This document shows, piece after piece, positions 35,006 through 44,184 of a stretch of DNA of 64,000 nucleotides (position 1 is its first letter; every line of letters begins with the position of its first letter). The stretch covers positions 176,931-240,930 of the forward strand of contig JACQIB010000005.1 in the NCBI GenBank assembly GCA_016198755.1, written 5' to 3'. Origin of the DNA: Candidatus Aenigmatarchaeota archaeon. GTDB taxonomy: Archaea; Aenigmatarchaeota; Aenigmatarchaeia; Aenigmatarchaeales; JACQIB01. Under the pieces are notes generated by a model, which was given only the letters and a program-made list of their open reading frames with translations, did no database searches and was not told the origin of the DNA. A program made the position numbers and the translations under genes.

Positions 35006-35812
35006 CTATTTCTCGAGCAGATAATCAACAGCTTCGTCTATATTGGAAACTTCTTTTATATCTATTCCAAGGCTTTCCCCGACACTGACAGTTATTTTCT
35101 TGTAGGTTGTTTCGCAAATTAGCAAACCTAGCTGGCGTGTGCAGTTTTCCTCAGGTTTTACATAAGTCTGTATACCCTCCCCCTTTGGAACCAAAAATAA
35201 TTTTGCACCCACAGCCTTTGCGGCTCCTGCTTTTTCCAGAATTCCACCAACCCTTCCTACAGAACCGTCAGTTTCTATTGTACCTGTTATTATTATATCC
35301 TTTTTCAACTGTTTTCCTTCCAGTGCTGCTATTGTGGCTACTGTTAAAGCTGCACCTGCTGATGGACCGCCAACAACAGTTGCTTTGTCTGTGCGCAGCC
35401 CATAAACAATATCCAGCTTACTCAGGTCTGCTCCTGTTTTCTTTGCTGCAACATCCCTTGCTGTTTGTATTGATTGCTGTGTATCTGTCCAAAATAAAAG
35501 TTTATCTATATCTGTTAAAACCTTTCCTGAACCTGTTTTAACTTCAACGACAAGAGCTGATACAACACCGTTGCCTGCATTATCCACTGCCGGAAGGTTT
35601 ATTGTGGCTGTGCCGCGGGGAGATTCAGTTGAAATAAGCGGAAGGTCCCTGTCAGGAAAATTCAACTGGTTTTGATTTATTGTTTTTGTGCCTGAAAATT
35701 GTGTTCCAACAAAAAATGCAATAGCTGCAACAAACAATATAACTATTATAAGCTCTATATCTTCTCTTGAGCTTTTTTGTTTTCTCATAGGTTTCTGCTT
35801 TCCCATAAACAT
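35006..35812 (-). CDS. membrane-anchored S16 (Lon C-terminal proteolytic domain) serine protease, no AAA+ module
   Basis: 268 aa; N-terminal TM. VVGGPSAGAALTVATIAALEG (catalytic Ser) ... GSVGRVGGILEKAGAAKAVGAKLFLVP (catalytic Lys). Confidence 0.8.
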   Translation of the reverse strand: MFMGKQKPMRKQKSSREDIELIIVILFVAAIAFFVGTQFSGTKTINQNQLNFPDRDLPLISTESPRGTATINLPAVDNAGNGVVSALVVEVKTGSGKVLTDIDKLLFWTDTQQSIQTARDVAAKKTGADLSKLDIVYGLRTDKATVVGGPSAGAALTVATIAALEGKQLKKDIIITGTIETDGSVGRVGGILEKAGAAKAVGAKLFLVPKGEGIQTYVKPEENCTRQLGLLICETTYKKITVSVGESLGIDIKEVSNIDEAVDYLLEK

Positions 35813-35852
35813 CCTATTCTATCAGGCCCTTTTTAAAGATTATGAACAAAAC

Positions 35853-36128
35853 GGCAGGGTATGCCCCTGGTTGATGGGAAAGACCTGATAGGTAACCCAA
35901 CTACCCCTCTCCACACAGCTTCCCCACAAACGCTTCCACAAAGGTTTATGCTTGCTTCCTTCCGGACCTGGGCAGGTTCGCCCCTGCAGCTGCTCTGCAG
36001 GACCATGCTTCTCAGAGGAAACAGCTGGACCTTGTCAGACCTTATCACCGCCCAAAGACTCAGGCTCCGCCATAATGTCCGTTTGCGGTTACAGGTTAGG
36101 ACAAGCTCCCCGGCCATCCCCTGCCAGT
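35853..36128 (-). ncRNA. signal recognition particle 7S RNA
   Basis: Minus strand contains the helix-8 motif CAGGUCCGGAAGGAAGCAAGC and an Alu-like 5' region (GGCCGGGGAGCUUGUCCUAACCUGUAACCG). The 5' GGCAGGG pairs with the 3' CCCUGCC. A T-run follows the 3' end and a TATA box sits upstream. Track ORFs here are spurious. Confidence 0.85.
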
Positions 36129-36146
36129 TTCTAGTTGGTCTGCACC

Positions 36147-36154
36147 CTTTAAAT
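36147..36154 (-). promoter_or_regulatory. TATA box (ATTTAAAG on minus strand) for SRP RNA
   Basis: About 25 nt upstream of the inferred SRP RNA 5' end. Confidence 0.5.
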
Positions 36155-36324
36155 TGCTTTACCCGAGACAGCTTGAGCTAGTTGTAGTATAGTAGAGAAA
36201 TAAATTGTTAGAAAAGGAAGAAAAGTAAAAGAAAAACAATAATAGCAACTGCAAGCCCCAAAGCCAGGCATTTGCCTATCATACCAAATAATGGGCAAAG
36301 AAGCTATAAAAAACGTGTGGTTTA

Positions 36325-36471
36325 CTATGCTTTGCCTATGATTTTGAACATCTTTGTGCCGCACTTTGTACAAAGACCTGACATAGCTTTCATGCCGTTC
36401 TTCATTATAACTTCTTTCTCATCTTTCATTGTCCTTGTTTCCCTGCATTTCATGCATCTTCCATCTGTCAT
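36325..36471 (-). CDS. 48-aa zinc-ribbon protein (DUF5679-like)
   Basis: Below the track cutoff. My translation: MTDGRCMKCRETRTMKDEKEVIMKNGMKAMSGLCTKCGTKMFKIIGKA*; two CxxC pairs. Confidence 0.65.
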   Translation of the reverse strand: MTDGRCMKCRETRTMKDEKEVIMKNGMKAMSGLCTKCGTKMFKIIGKA

Positions 36472-36643
36472 AAAATTCACCTGCTTTCTAAGGGGGAAAT
36501 AAGTATATAAAACTGCCTGCCCTTGAATTTAGGCTTGGAAACCCCTTATTATATAGGCGTACTCATGCACTTATTGTTAGGATTTTCCTGCGAAGTTCTG
36601 ATTAAGAAGGGTAGAACGGTAGGAGAAAGCCTTTCCCTGCGCT

Positions 36644-39600
36644 TTACTCTGGAGAAGGTTCAAAGCCGCCTGAGGTTGTCGGTGGGAGGGTTGTAGGGGC
36701 TGCTGGAGCTGGGGGTGCGCCTCCGAACAACATAGCTAGGAAGCCGCCTGCGAATTTGTCTTTATCGCCAGCCTGCTTGTCCAGAAGGTCAGCCTGAACA
36801 TTCAGCTCCTGTATTTGAGCCTGTAAAGCAGCCTTGGCATCTAAGTTTGTGGATGCATCAAGCACAAGGTTTAAGCTGGATCCAATATCCCTTAGCTTCT
36901 GTGCACGCTCCTTCAATAATAGAGCATCTTTCTTTTCCTGATCAGCAACCATTCCAAAGAACTGCTGTATTGCATAGCCTATGTCCTTTGACTTGTTCTG
37001 TACTTCCTCTATATCAGCAGTTGTCTGTATAATATCCCTTTCGTTCTCTGTTACGTGTGCATCAAGTGAATCTGGTATTTTATCCAAATCTTTTAATGCT
37101 TCCAGCCTCTGTAGGTAACGATCCTTGTCTGTAATTTTTCCTGAAGCTCCCTCATCAGGTCCTGCAAGGCTCATATGATCTACTGTAACATCATCTACAA
37201 ACTCAAGCCTCCTTAGGTTTGCTAAGTTTGCTGCTTTTGCAGTTGCCCTGTAAATATAGGTTGTTGAAACCTTTAGAGGAGCATCATCAAACTTTATCGT
37301 CAAAGCCCTTATCTTTGAGAGCTCATCTGATTTTAGCTTGGCAGAGCTTGCTATAACAACTGGCAGGTTATCTCCAACAGACTTTGCATCCCTTATTTTT
37401 GGCTTGTAAGCCTTTAGGTCGCACAAGTTCTTTACAACATTATCTGAAACTTTCTCAGCAATAAGTTCTGGTTTGAACTTCTCTGGATCGCAGCTTGCAG
37501 CCTTTTCCTTGACTTTAACACAGAACTTTGGAAGTTGATCACAAATAAAACCTTTCTGCTTTGTCAGGGATTCACAAAGTTGAGCTGGTGTTGGACCTCC
37601 AAACCCTCCTCCTGAACCTCCATAACCGAAGCTGCCTCCTCCATAACCGCCTCCTGATGGTGGAGCAAAGCCTCCTCTTTCATATCCGCCCTGATAACCC
37701 TGTGGTGGACCTCCTGAACTACCTGGTGGATATCCGCCCTGTCCTCCTGGACCGCCAAATCCTCCTTGGCCACCGAAGTCACCACCTGGTGGGAATCCTC
37801 CTGGACCTGGCTGGCCTCCAAACCCTCCCTGTCCGCCTGGACCGCCTGGACCTCCGAAGTCACGACCCTGATCACCGAAACCGCCTGGAGGTGGACCAAA
37901 TCCTCCTTGTCCTCCAAATCCTCCTTGGCCACTGCCGCCTTGTCCACCACTACCCTGTCCGCCTGGACCGCCTATCTGCTGCCCTGTTGGACCGCCAGAA
38001 CTTGGGAAAGAAGGATATTTGCCTGCACAAGCCTCAGAAGCAGCTTTTGTTATTTCTGAACAGCCTCTAACAAGTTCGCTTGAACATTTCTCAGCCCCAT
38101 TCTTTAACTCATCGCACATGTTCTGTATTCCTGGACCCTGTGAAAATTCAAATACTGCCCTTTCCTTTACTTTTTCTTTGAAATCATCTGGATGTGCACA
38201 AACATAATTAACAGCATCTGGAGGCATTTCTGACTTTATGCCGCGTAGTGCCTCTTCTGACATAAATTGAACTGGATCTGATAATAGTAGTTCAGGAGGC
38301 AGTTGAGGTTCTCCAAACCCTCCTCCAATTGTTGGAGGTCCAAATCCTGGTTTGTTTGGTCCGCCTGTAAAGTCTGTTGTTCTTGGAGTGCTGCAGCCTG
38401 TAAGCTTTTCAAGTTCATCTGTGCTGAATATCTTCTCGTATCTTTGCCCACCTATGAACCATGTTGGACTGCCTGTTCCTTCATTTGGTCTAGTAGAACC
38501 ATAACAGCATGTCTTTATCTGCTTTGCAGCGCAGCTCGCCTCATCAACATTGCAATTTACAGCAAAACCAAGGTTCCTCATTATTTCAAACCCAGGTCCT
38601 AGCATATCTATCTGTTTCCTGCTCTCATCATTGGAAGTGTAATAAAACTCTACCTGAGCCTTCTTTATACAGGAAGAAATCCTGTTTATCTCCTGTGGAG
38701 GCAATGGCGCTGAACAAGCTCCTGGCCTTGCACCGCCAACATCACCACAGCACCAAGTTCTTGCTGCAGGGTCAAAAGTAGGCTTATCCAAACCTGTTGC
38801 AGCTGGACAGAAAAACCCTGGTGGAGGCTTTATCTTGTCAGGTCTTTCTGAGAAGCAGTCTGACTGACATGACCTTTCCTCTCCTGGCTCACACTTGTTA
38901 TTTCCACAGACAGAATATCCCTTACAATCCTGTTGACAATTGTATGGACCTTCTCCCTCTCCACATACTCCATCACCGCACTTTATTGTGTTTTCAAAGC
39001 CACCATTATCCCCCCCTCTTCTACCAAAGTCTTTTGTACAGTCCTTTGGACATGAAAAATCATTTTCATTTGGATATTCGCATATAGCATTGCCGCAGAA
39101 TGATTGAGGCTTTTCCTGGATTGTAGGACATGGACTACTTGTACAATATCCATTTCCTGATGAAGGACACCAATTTGCACCCCTTACACCGCTGCATTCT
39201 GCTTGGCTGTGACAGTTCCATGGCTGCTCGCTTGTACACTGATTATATGATGTAATTGATGGGCTTCCTCCACCAGAGGTTCCACATTCATTTTGACTAT
39301 AATATTGATTATATTGACCTGATCCTGTACTTGAACAACAATAACCAGCATCTGTTACAAATCCGCCTCCGCAATTGCATTTGGAAGTTATTTTACCTAT
39401 AGAACAGATTGGATATTGACCAGATGTTGTGCTTGGATATCCCGGTGTACCAGGACCTGAACAAATTCCGCCTGAACAAAAGCCAGATGAGCACTCGTTA
39501 TTTAGGGAACAGCTTTGTCCATTTGATTTGGGTCCTGTGCCACCGCCGCAATAGGTTGTGCTTTCGCAGCCATTATCATGCCTCTGATCACAGTTGTAAT

Positions 39601-40213
39601 AGCCTGCGTTGCAATAGTTTACAATACATACCCCATTTTGCATCATCCCCTTTGCATTTGGAACTGAACATTCACCCCCGCCTCCTGCTGTGCCTGTGCC
39701 GCATGCTGTAGTTTGATAAATATTAGAACAGCAGTAACCTGAGGCATATGTTGTTCCGCCGCAGGAACAGCTGGCAGATATTGGACCTGAACTGCAGAAG
39801 TTTCCAGTTGTTGTAGTTGAGCTGGAAGTTGGTGAGGTTCCGCCGGCACATACTCCATTTGAACAAGTTCCGGAATAACATTGTGAATTAGAAGCACACT
39901 GAGCTCCTTCAGTTCTTAGTTGAGATGTACTGGTTGTGCTAGAAGAAGTTGTGGATGAGGATGTAGTTGAGCTGGATGTAGAAGTGGAGGTTGAAGTGGA
40001 TGTAGAGGTTGAAGAAGAGGTTGTGGATGAGGAAGTTGGCTGGCCTCCACTGGAAACGCAAACTCCACCTGAACAGCTGTTTGATAAGCATTCTGAGTTT
40101 TGGATACATGTTTGACCTTCTGATTTTTGTTGGGCAAAAGCAACCGCAGACATTGAAAATGAAACTACAAAGAAAACTGCTATGGCAATAAGTGCAAAAT
40201 TCCTACAGCCCAT
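36644..40213 (-). CDS. giant secreted Cys-rich surface protein, paralogue 1
   Basis: 1189 aa; N-terminal signal/anchor, Ser/Thr linkers, Cx6Cx4Cx4C knots, CGxGxCExGE..C..DC repeats, a Gly/Gln/Phe-rich disordered block and a conserved C-terminal module shared with 58580..62779. Confidence 0.8.
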   Translation of the reverse strand: MGCRNFALIAIAVFFVVSFSMSAVAFAQQKSEGQTCIQNSECLSNSCSGGVCVSSGGQPTSSSTTSSSTSTSTSTSTSTSSSTTSSSTTSSSTTSTSQLRTEGAQCASNSQCYSGTCSNGVCAGGTSPTSSSTTTTGNFCSSGPISASCSCGGTTYASGYCCSNIYQTTACGTGTAGGGGECSVPNAKGMMQNGVCIVNYCNAGYYNCDQRHDNGCESTTYCGGGTGPKSNGQSCSLNNECSSGFCSGGICSGPGTPGYPSTTSGQYPICSIGKITSKCNCGGGFVTDAGYCCSSTGSGQYNQYYSQNECGTSGGGSPSITSYNQCTSEQPWNCHSQAECSGVRGANWCPSSGNGYCTSSPCPTIQEKPQSFCGNAICEYPNENDFSCPKDCTKDFGRRGGDNGGFENTIKCGDGVCGEGEGPYNCQQDCKGYSVCGNNKCEPGEERSCQSDCFSERPDKIKPPPGFFCPAATGLDKPTFDPAARTWCCGDVGGARPGACSAPLPPQEINRISSCIKKAQVEFYYTSNDESRKQIDMLGPGFEIMRNLGFAVNCNVDEASCAAKQIKTCCYGSTRPNEGTGSPTWFIGGQRYEKIFSTDELEKLTGCSTPRTTDFTGGPNKPGFGPPTIGGGFGEPQLPPELLLSDPVQFMSEEALRGIKSEMPPDAVNYVCAHPDDFKEKVKERAVFEFSQGPGIQNMCDELKNGAEKCSSELVRGCSEITKAASEACAGKYPSFPSSGGPTGQQIGGPGGQGSGGQGGSGQGGFGGQGGFGPPPGGFGDQGRDFGGPGGPGGQGGFGGQPGPGGFPPGGDFGGQGGFGGPGGQGGYPPGSSGGPPQGYQGGYERGGFAPPSGGGYGGGSFGYGGSGGGFGGPTPAQLCESLTKQKGFICDQLPKFCVKVKEKAASCDPEKFKPELIAEKVSDNVVKNLCDLKAYKPKIRDAKSVGDNLPVVIASSAKLKSDELSKIRALTIKFDDAPLKVSTTYIYRATAKAANLANLRRLEFVDDVTVDHMSLAGPDEGASGKITDKDRYLQRLEALKDLDKIPDSLDAHVTENERDIIQTTADIEEVQNKSKDIGYAIQQFFGMVADQEKKDALLLKERAQKLRDIGSSLNLVLDASTNLDAKAALQAQIQELNVQADLLDKQAGDKDKFAGGFLAMLFGGAPPAPAAPTTLPPTTSGGFEPSPE
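37585..38005 (-). repeat. degenerate coding low-complexity repeat (GGQGGFGGPGG-type)
   Basis: Encodes GGPTGQQIGGPGGQGSGGQGGSGQGGFGGQGGFGPPPGGFGDQG...GGSGGGFGGP. The nucleotide level shows reiterated ggacc/ggtgg/cctcc units. Confidence 0.8.
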
Positions 40214-40340
40214 AGGTTTCTATTTATTAAGGGTAGTATATAAATATTTAGTCAGTTGAGTTTTGACACATAAACCAGTATTTTGTCAATAAATTTGGGA
40301 GTAAAGCCGTGTTTTTAAATGTTCTATACTATTTTATAGT

Positions 40341-41303
40341 ATGCCTTTGGAATCAAACCAGCTGAAAAAGCTGCAGGGAGCTGGGTACAAAGTTATTGGA
40401 CCCTCTAAACACTCTGCTGTAAAGCTCTGCCACTATACAAAAGAGTCAATAAAAACTGGAGAGAAGAAGAACTGCTATAAACAAAGGTTTTACGGGATTA
40501 GAAGCCACCGCTGCCTTCAAATGACTCCCTCCCTCACAGTCTGTAATTTGCGCTGTTCCTACTGCTGGAGAGACTTTAGGTACTTTAGGGATAAGGAAAA
40601 GGATTTAGTGGACGATCCAAAAGTTTTGGTTGAAGAGGCTATAAAAGCGCAGCTTTCTCTTTTGTCTGGTTTGGGGGGTGTTGAACATTCTGCGAAACAT
40701 TTGAAGGAAGCAAAAGAACCTGCGCATGTTGCAATTTCATTGGATGGGGAGCCTACAAGCTATACGCATTTGGGGAAAATGATTGAAGATTTCCATTCCA
40801 GAAACTTCACAACATTCTTGGTTACAAACGGTACAAAACCGGATATATTAAGTAAACTAAATCCTTTACCCACCCAACTCTATACCTCTTTATCTGCTTT
40901 TTCTGAAGAGATGTTTTTGTTAACCCAACACCCGACTGAAGGGAAACAACTCTGGCAGAATATCCTGAAAACTCTTGATTTATTACCAAGTCTTAACTGC
41001 AGGAAAGTTATCAGGCTTACAATGGTTAAAGGTTTGAACATGGAAAAACCTGAAGAATATGCAAAACTGATTTTGAAGGCAAAGCCGCACTTTATTGAAG
41101 TTAAGGGCTGGAGCGCGGTTGGACAATCTAGGCAGAGAATGCCTACAACCAGAATGCCAACTCATGAAGAAATAAAGAAATTTTCACAGGAGTTAGTTGG
41201 GTTTTTACCTGGCTATTCTTATGCTGATGAACAGCCTGACAGCAGGGTGGCTTTGATAAAGGTTGCAGGAAAGATACCGGGGCTTTATGAAAAGTTCTCC
41301 TGA
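40341..41303 (+). CDS. taw1: radical SAM 4-demethylwyosine synthase Taw1 (TYW1 homologue)
   Basis: 320 aa; GAGYKVIGPSKHSAVKLCHYTKESI...RSHRCLQMTP..CNLRCSYCWR (CX3CX2C). Confidence 0.85.
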   Translation: MPLESNQLKKLQGAGYKVIGPSKHSAVKLCHYTKESIKTGEKKNCYKQRFYGIRSHRCLQMTPSLTVCNLRCSYCWRDFRYFRDKEKDLVDDPKVLVEEAIKAQLSLLSGLGGVEHSAKHLKEAKEPAHVAISLDGEPTSYTHLGKMIEDFHSRNFTTFLVTNGTKPDILSKLNPLPTQLYTSLSAFSEEMFLLTQHPTEGKQLWQNILKTLDLLPSLNCRKVIRLTMVKGLNMEKPEEYAKLILKAKPHFIEVKGWSAVGQSRQRMPTTRMPTHEEIKKFSQELVGFLPGYSYADEQPDSRVALIKVAGKIPGLYEKFS

Positions 41304-41344
41304 GAGCCATATTGCTTTTTATTCCTTTCTTTACCAGTTCCCGT

Positions 41345-42925
41345 ATGCAATACACTATAGCCATAATTGGCTCTGGTCCAATGGGCTTTACAAGCGGTGT
41401 AGCTTTTGCAAGCTGGGGGAATAAAGTAAGGTTTTTGGACCTTAACCAAAAGATAGTTGAAAAAATAAACTCTGGAATTTCCCCTTTCTATGAGCCTGGA
41501 TTGCAGGAGCTTTTCCTTTCTTCCAGAAACAACATTACTGCAACTTCTGATTATTCCGAAGCTTTGAAGTGGGCTGATATCGCTTTCATCTGCGTTGGCA
41601 CTCCTGAGAAGGAAGATGGAAGTGTTGATTTAAAGTACGTAGAATCTGCTGCAGCTTCCCTTGGACAGAACCTGCCAAATGCCCCTGGTTTAACAATAAT
41701 AAACAAGAGCACTGTTCCCCCAGGCACTGTTTCCGGCTTGATTAAGGAAACTTTGGAAAAGATTTCTGGGGGGAAAGCTGGAAAGGATTTTTATATAGGC
41801 TCTAATCCTGAATTTTTAGCTGAAGGGAAAGCTGTTGAGGATGCTCTGAGACCTGACAAAATTGTTATCGGGGTTTCAAATGACCGCGCTAAAGAAGTTT
41901 TACTATCCCTCTATTCCCACCCTTCCCTTTCAAACTCGAAAATTGTTGTTACAGATACTAACACAGCAGAAGCTGTCAAATACGGGAACAATAACTGGCT
42001 CCCCTCTAAAGTTTGCTTTGTGAACGAGGTTGGAAGGATTTTGCTAAAGCAGGGTATTGATGTTTATGATATTGTTAAAAGGGCAAAAGAGCTTGGGATG
42101 GAGGATTTTCTTGCTGAAAACTTTGAAAGGGAAGTTCCTGTTACTGGGAAAGAGGTTTTGATATTGAAAAAACTTGGGGAGAAAACTGGAGTTAAAACTC
42201 CTATATTAGACTCTATTATAGAATCCCTAAATCCTTCTGAGCCAGCGGAGATGGACTGGCCAGAACTGTTTAAAGGAGCTCTTTATAGTTTGCATCAGGT
42301 ATTTTTGAAAGAATATTCTGCACTTGGAAAACTGTTGAACTTTAATTCAGCTGAAGTTGTGCATGCTGTTTCCCTTGATAAAAGGGCTGCACATGGGTTT
42401 TTGGATGCAGGTCCGGGAATAGGAGGGAGCTGTTTTGTAAAGGATTTGAAAGGTATGGCTGCTGTAGCCAAAATTAAGGGGTATGAAGCAAAGCTGCTTT
42501 TGGCTGATGTTGAATCAGATAAAATACAAAAATCCTATGCTTTTGAAAGGCTGAAAGAACAGATCGCAGAATTAAAGGGGAGAAAGATTGCTGTTCTTGG
42601 TTTGGCTTTCAAGCCTGACACAGACGATATACGGGAATCTGCTGCAATTTCTGTTATAAATAAACTGTTAGAAGCAGGCGCTGAAGTGCACGCATGGGAC
42701 CCGAAAGCTGCAGAGAACATGAAACGAATCTATCCTAACATAACTTACTTTAATCATGTGAACGCTGCTTTGGCAGGAACTGACGCTGCAATTGTTCTTA
42801 CACATTGGAAGGAAGTGAAAGAAGCTGATTTTTCAGGCATGAATGGAAATCTGATTGTGGATGCAAGGAGAACAGTGGAGAAGGGAACTGCTGGAAAAAC
42901 TGTTATTGGTATTTGCTGGCCCTGA
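41345..42925 (+). CDS. UDP-glucose/GDP-mannose 6-dehydrogenase family protein with internal ~95-aa insertion
   Basis: Trimmed to ATG 41345: MQYTIAIIGSGPMGFTSG.., catalytic GGSCFVKD, GLAFKPDTDDIRESAA. Confidence 0.8.
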   Translation: MQYTIAIIGSGPMGFTSGVAFASWGNKVRFLDLNQKIVEKINSGISPFYEPGLQELFLSSRNNITATSDYSEALKWADIAFICVGTPEKEDGSVDLKYVESAAASLGQNLPNAPGLTIINKSTVPPGTVSGLIKETLEKISGGKAGKDFYIGSNPEFLAEGKAVEDALRPDKIVIGVSNDRAKEVLLSLYSHPSLSNSKIVVTDTNTAEAVKYGNNNWLPSKVCFVNEVGRILLKQGIDVYDIVKRAKELGMEDFLAENFEREVPVTGKEVLILKKLGEKTGVKTPILDSIIESLNPSEPAEMDWPELFKGALYSLHQVFLKEYSALGKLLNFNSAEVVHAVSLDKRAAHGFLDAGPGIGGSCFVKDLKGMAAVAKIKGYEAKLLLADVESDKIQKSYAFERLKEQIAELKGRKIAVLGLAFKPDTDDIRESAAISVINKLLEAGAEVHAWDPKAAENMKRIYPNITYFNHVNAALAGTDAAIVLTHWKEVKEADFSGMNGNLIVDARRTVEKGTAGKTVIGICWP

Positions 42926-42930
42926 GCTTA

Positions 42931-44151
42931 TTATGTTTTAGCTGGAAGTAAAGAAACGGTCCCATTAAATTCACCGCCGCCAAGCCTTGACTGGACTTCT
43001 CTCACTGCACTTGCAAGTTCACTGTCATCATCTATTCCATAAACAAATGTTTTATTCAATTCACCCATTCTTATGGTTAGGTCTGCAGAATGCTGAAGTT
43101 CCAAATCCTTATAGGGAGCAACTTTTCTTCCTTCCAGAACTGGAGTTTCAATTGCAGGGTTAGGGGGCTTGTGTTTTTTTACCTCAAACGGGCTTTTTGT
43201 TAGTCTTTCCAATTCTTTCACAACAACTTCAGGCTCAGCTTTAACTGTTCCATAAGATTGAAAACCATCCATACTGAAAATCCTTTCTGCAAGCTCCCCT
43301 GTTTTTCTGGCAAGCCATTCAAATTCCATATCCACCATCTGGAAAAGGTTTTGCATGTTAACAAATCCTCTCTTATGCAGCTCCTTTGCTACTCTTCCGA
43401 CAAAAGCTTCCTTTGCCATAAGCCCAGGATCCCTGTAAAACTTTTCGTACATCTTTGTACGCGCTTCCAAAAACTCCCCAACAACATGGGAATCTCCAAA
43501 AACAATCCTTCCATTAACTATAGAAACAGATTCGAATGGATCTGGCATATATCTATCAGTCCATGTAAATGGTAGTTGGCCTAATTTGCATGCATCCAAA
43601 GCAACGTAACTCCACCTGTCCACATCTATCGAATTTTGACTGTTAACCAGCTGCCCAAGAGGTGAGCTATCTTTCCCGCGCACAAGGTTTACAACCCTCT
43701 CTTTCTCTATCCCGTGCCTTCTAAGGTATTCTAAAGCTTTCGGGGAACTGTTAAGTACTTTTTCAAAGAGATCCTCATCACTTATCCCTAATGCTTTTGC
43801 AACAGAATCTGAAAGAGGAGGGGATGCTATATCATGCAGCATTGCCACTGTTACTGCAAGTTTTCTATCCAACCCAAGTGTTTGAGCTATATAATCTATC
43901 TGCGTTGCAAAAACCAATGAGTGGAGATAGCGTGTGTGTTCTGCGGGAATGCCTTTTGCAGTCTGGCTAACCAGCCCAAGTTGTTTTACACGACTCAGTC
44001 TAGCTACTGCTGGAATAACACCCAATTCCCTGTAAAGGCTGCGTCCATAGTTTATTATAGTACTTGTTTGCGGAACAACAACTGGATCATCAATCCTATC
44101 CATTAATCGCATCCATTGTCTTGTGTTGCTGTATCGTGTAATTTCTCTCAT
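42931..44151 (-). CDS. HD-domain phosphohydrolase-like protein
   Basis: Track ORF trimmed to ATG 44151 (MREITRYSNTRQWMRLMDRIDDPVV). H..HD pattern (RYLHSLVFAT...MLHDIASPPLSD). The upstream 29 codons are antisense to tRNA-Pro. Confidence 0.6.
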   Translation of the reverse strand: MREITRYSNTRQWMRLMDRIDDPVVVPQTSTIINYGRSLYRELGVIPAVARLSRVKQLGLVSQTAKGIPAEHTRYLHSLVFATQIDYIAQTLGLDRKLAVTVAMLHDIASPPLSDSVAKALGISDEDLFEKVLNSSPKALEYLRRHGIEKERVVNLVRGKDSSPLGQLVNSQNSIDVDRWSYVALDACKLGQLPFTWTDRYMPDPFESVSIVNGRIVFGDSHVVGEFLEARTKMYEKFYRDPGLMAKEAFVGRVAKELHKRGFVNMQNLFQMVDMEFEWLARKTGELAERIFSMDGFQSYGTVKAEPEVVVKELERLTKSPFEVKKHKPPNPAIETPVLEGRKVAPYKDLELQHSADLTIRMGELNKTFVYGIDDDSELASAVREVQSRLGGGEFNGTVSLLPAKT

Positions 44152-44184
44152 AATTCTACATGGATGCAAAAGCTTAAGTGCACA

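Noticed and set aside
35833-36181. Track ORFs 35833..36117 (-), 35861..36181 (+) and 35952..36134 (+)
   Set aside because: They overlap the 7S SRP RNA (helix-8 motif GGUCCGGAAGGAAGCA, paired termini, terminator T-run). There is no coding signal.
37561-38070. Possible CRISPR array or tandem DNA repeat in the reiterated ggacc/cctcc region
   Set aside because: There are no constant-length direct repeats separated by unique spacers. The periodicity is codon-level, and the region is in frame within the giant ORF, encoding a Gly-rich block.
39010-39040. 17-nt identity (gactttggtagaagagg, encoding DFGRRGG) between the giant protein gene and the TRAM gene start (29775..29800)
   Set aside because: A single 17-mer match between two regions of a 64-kb window searched on both strands is close to chance expectation given the biased composition. 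No extended similarity flanks it.
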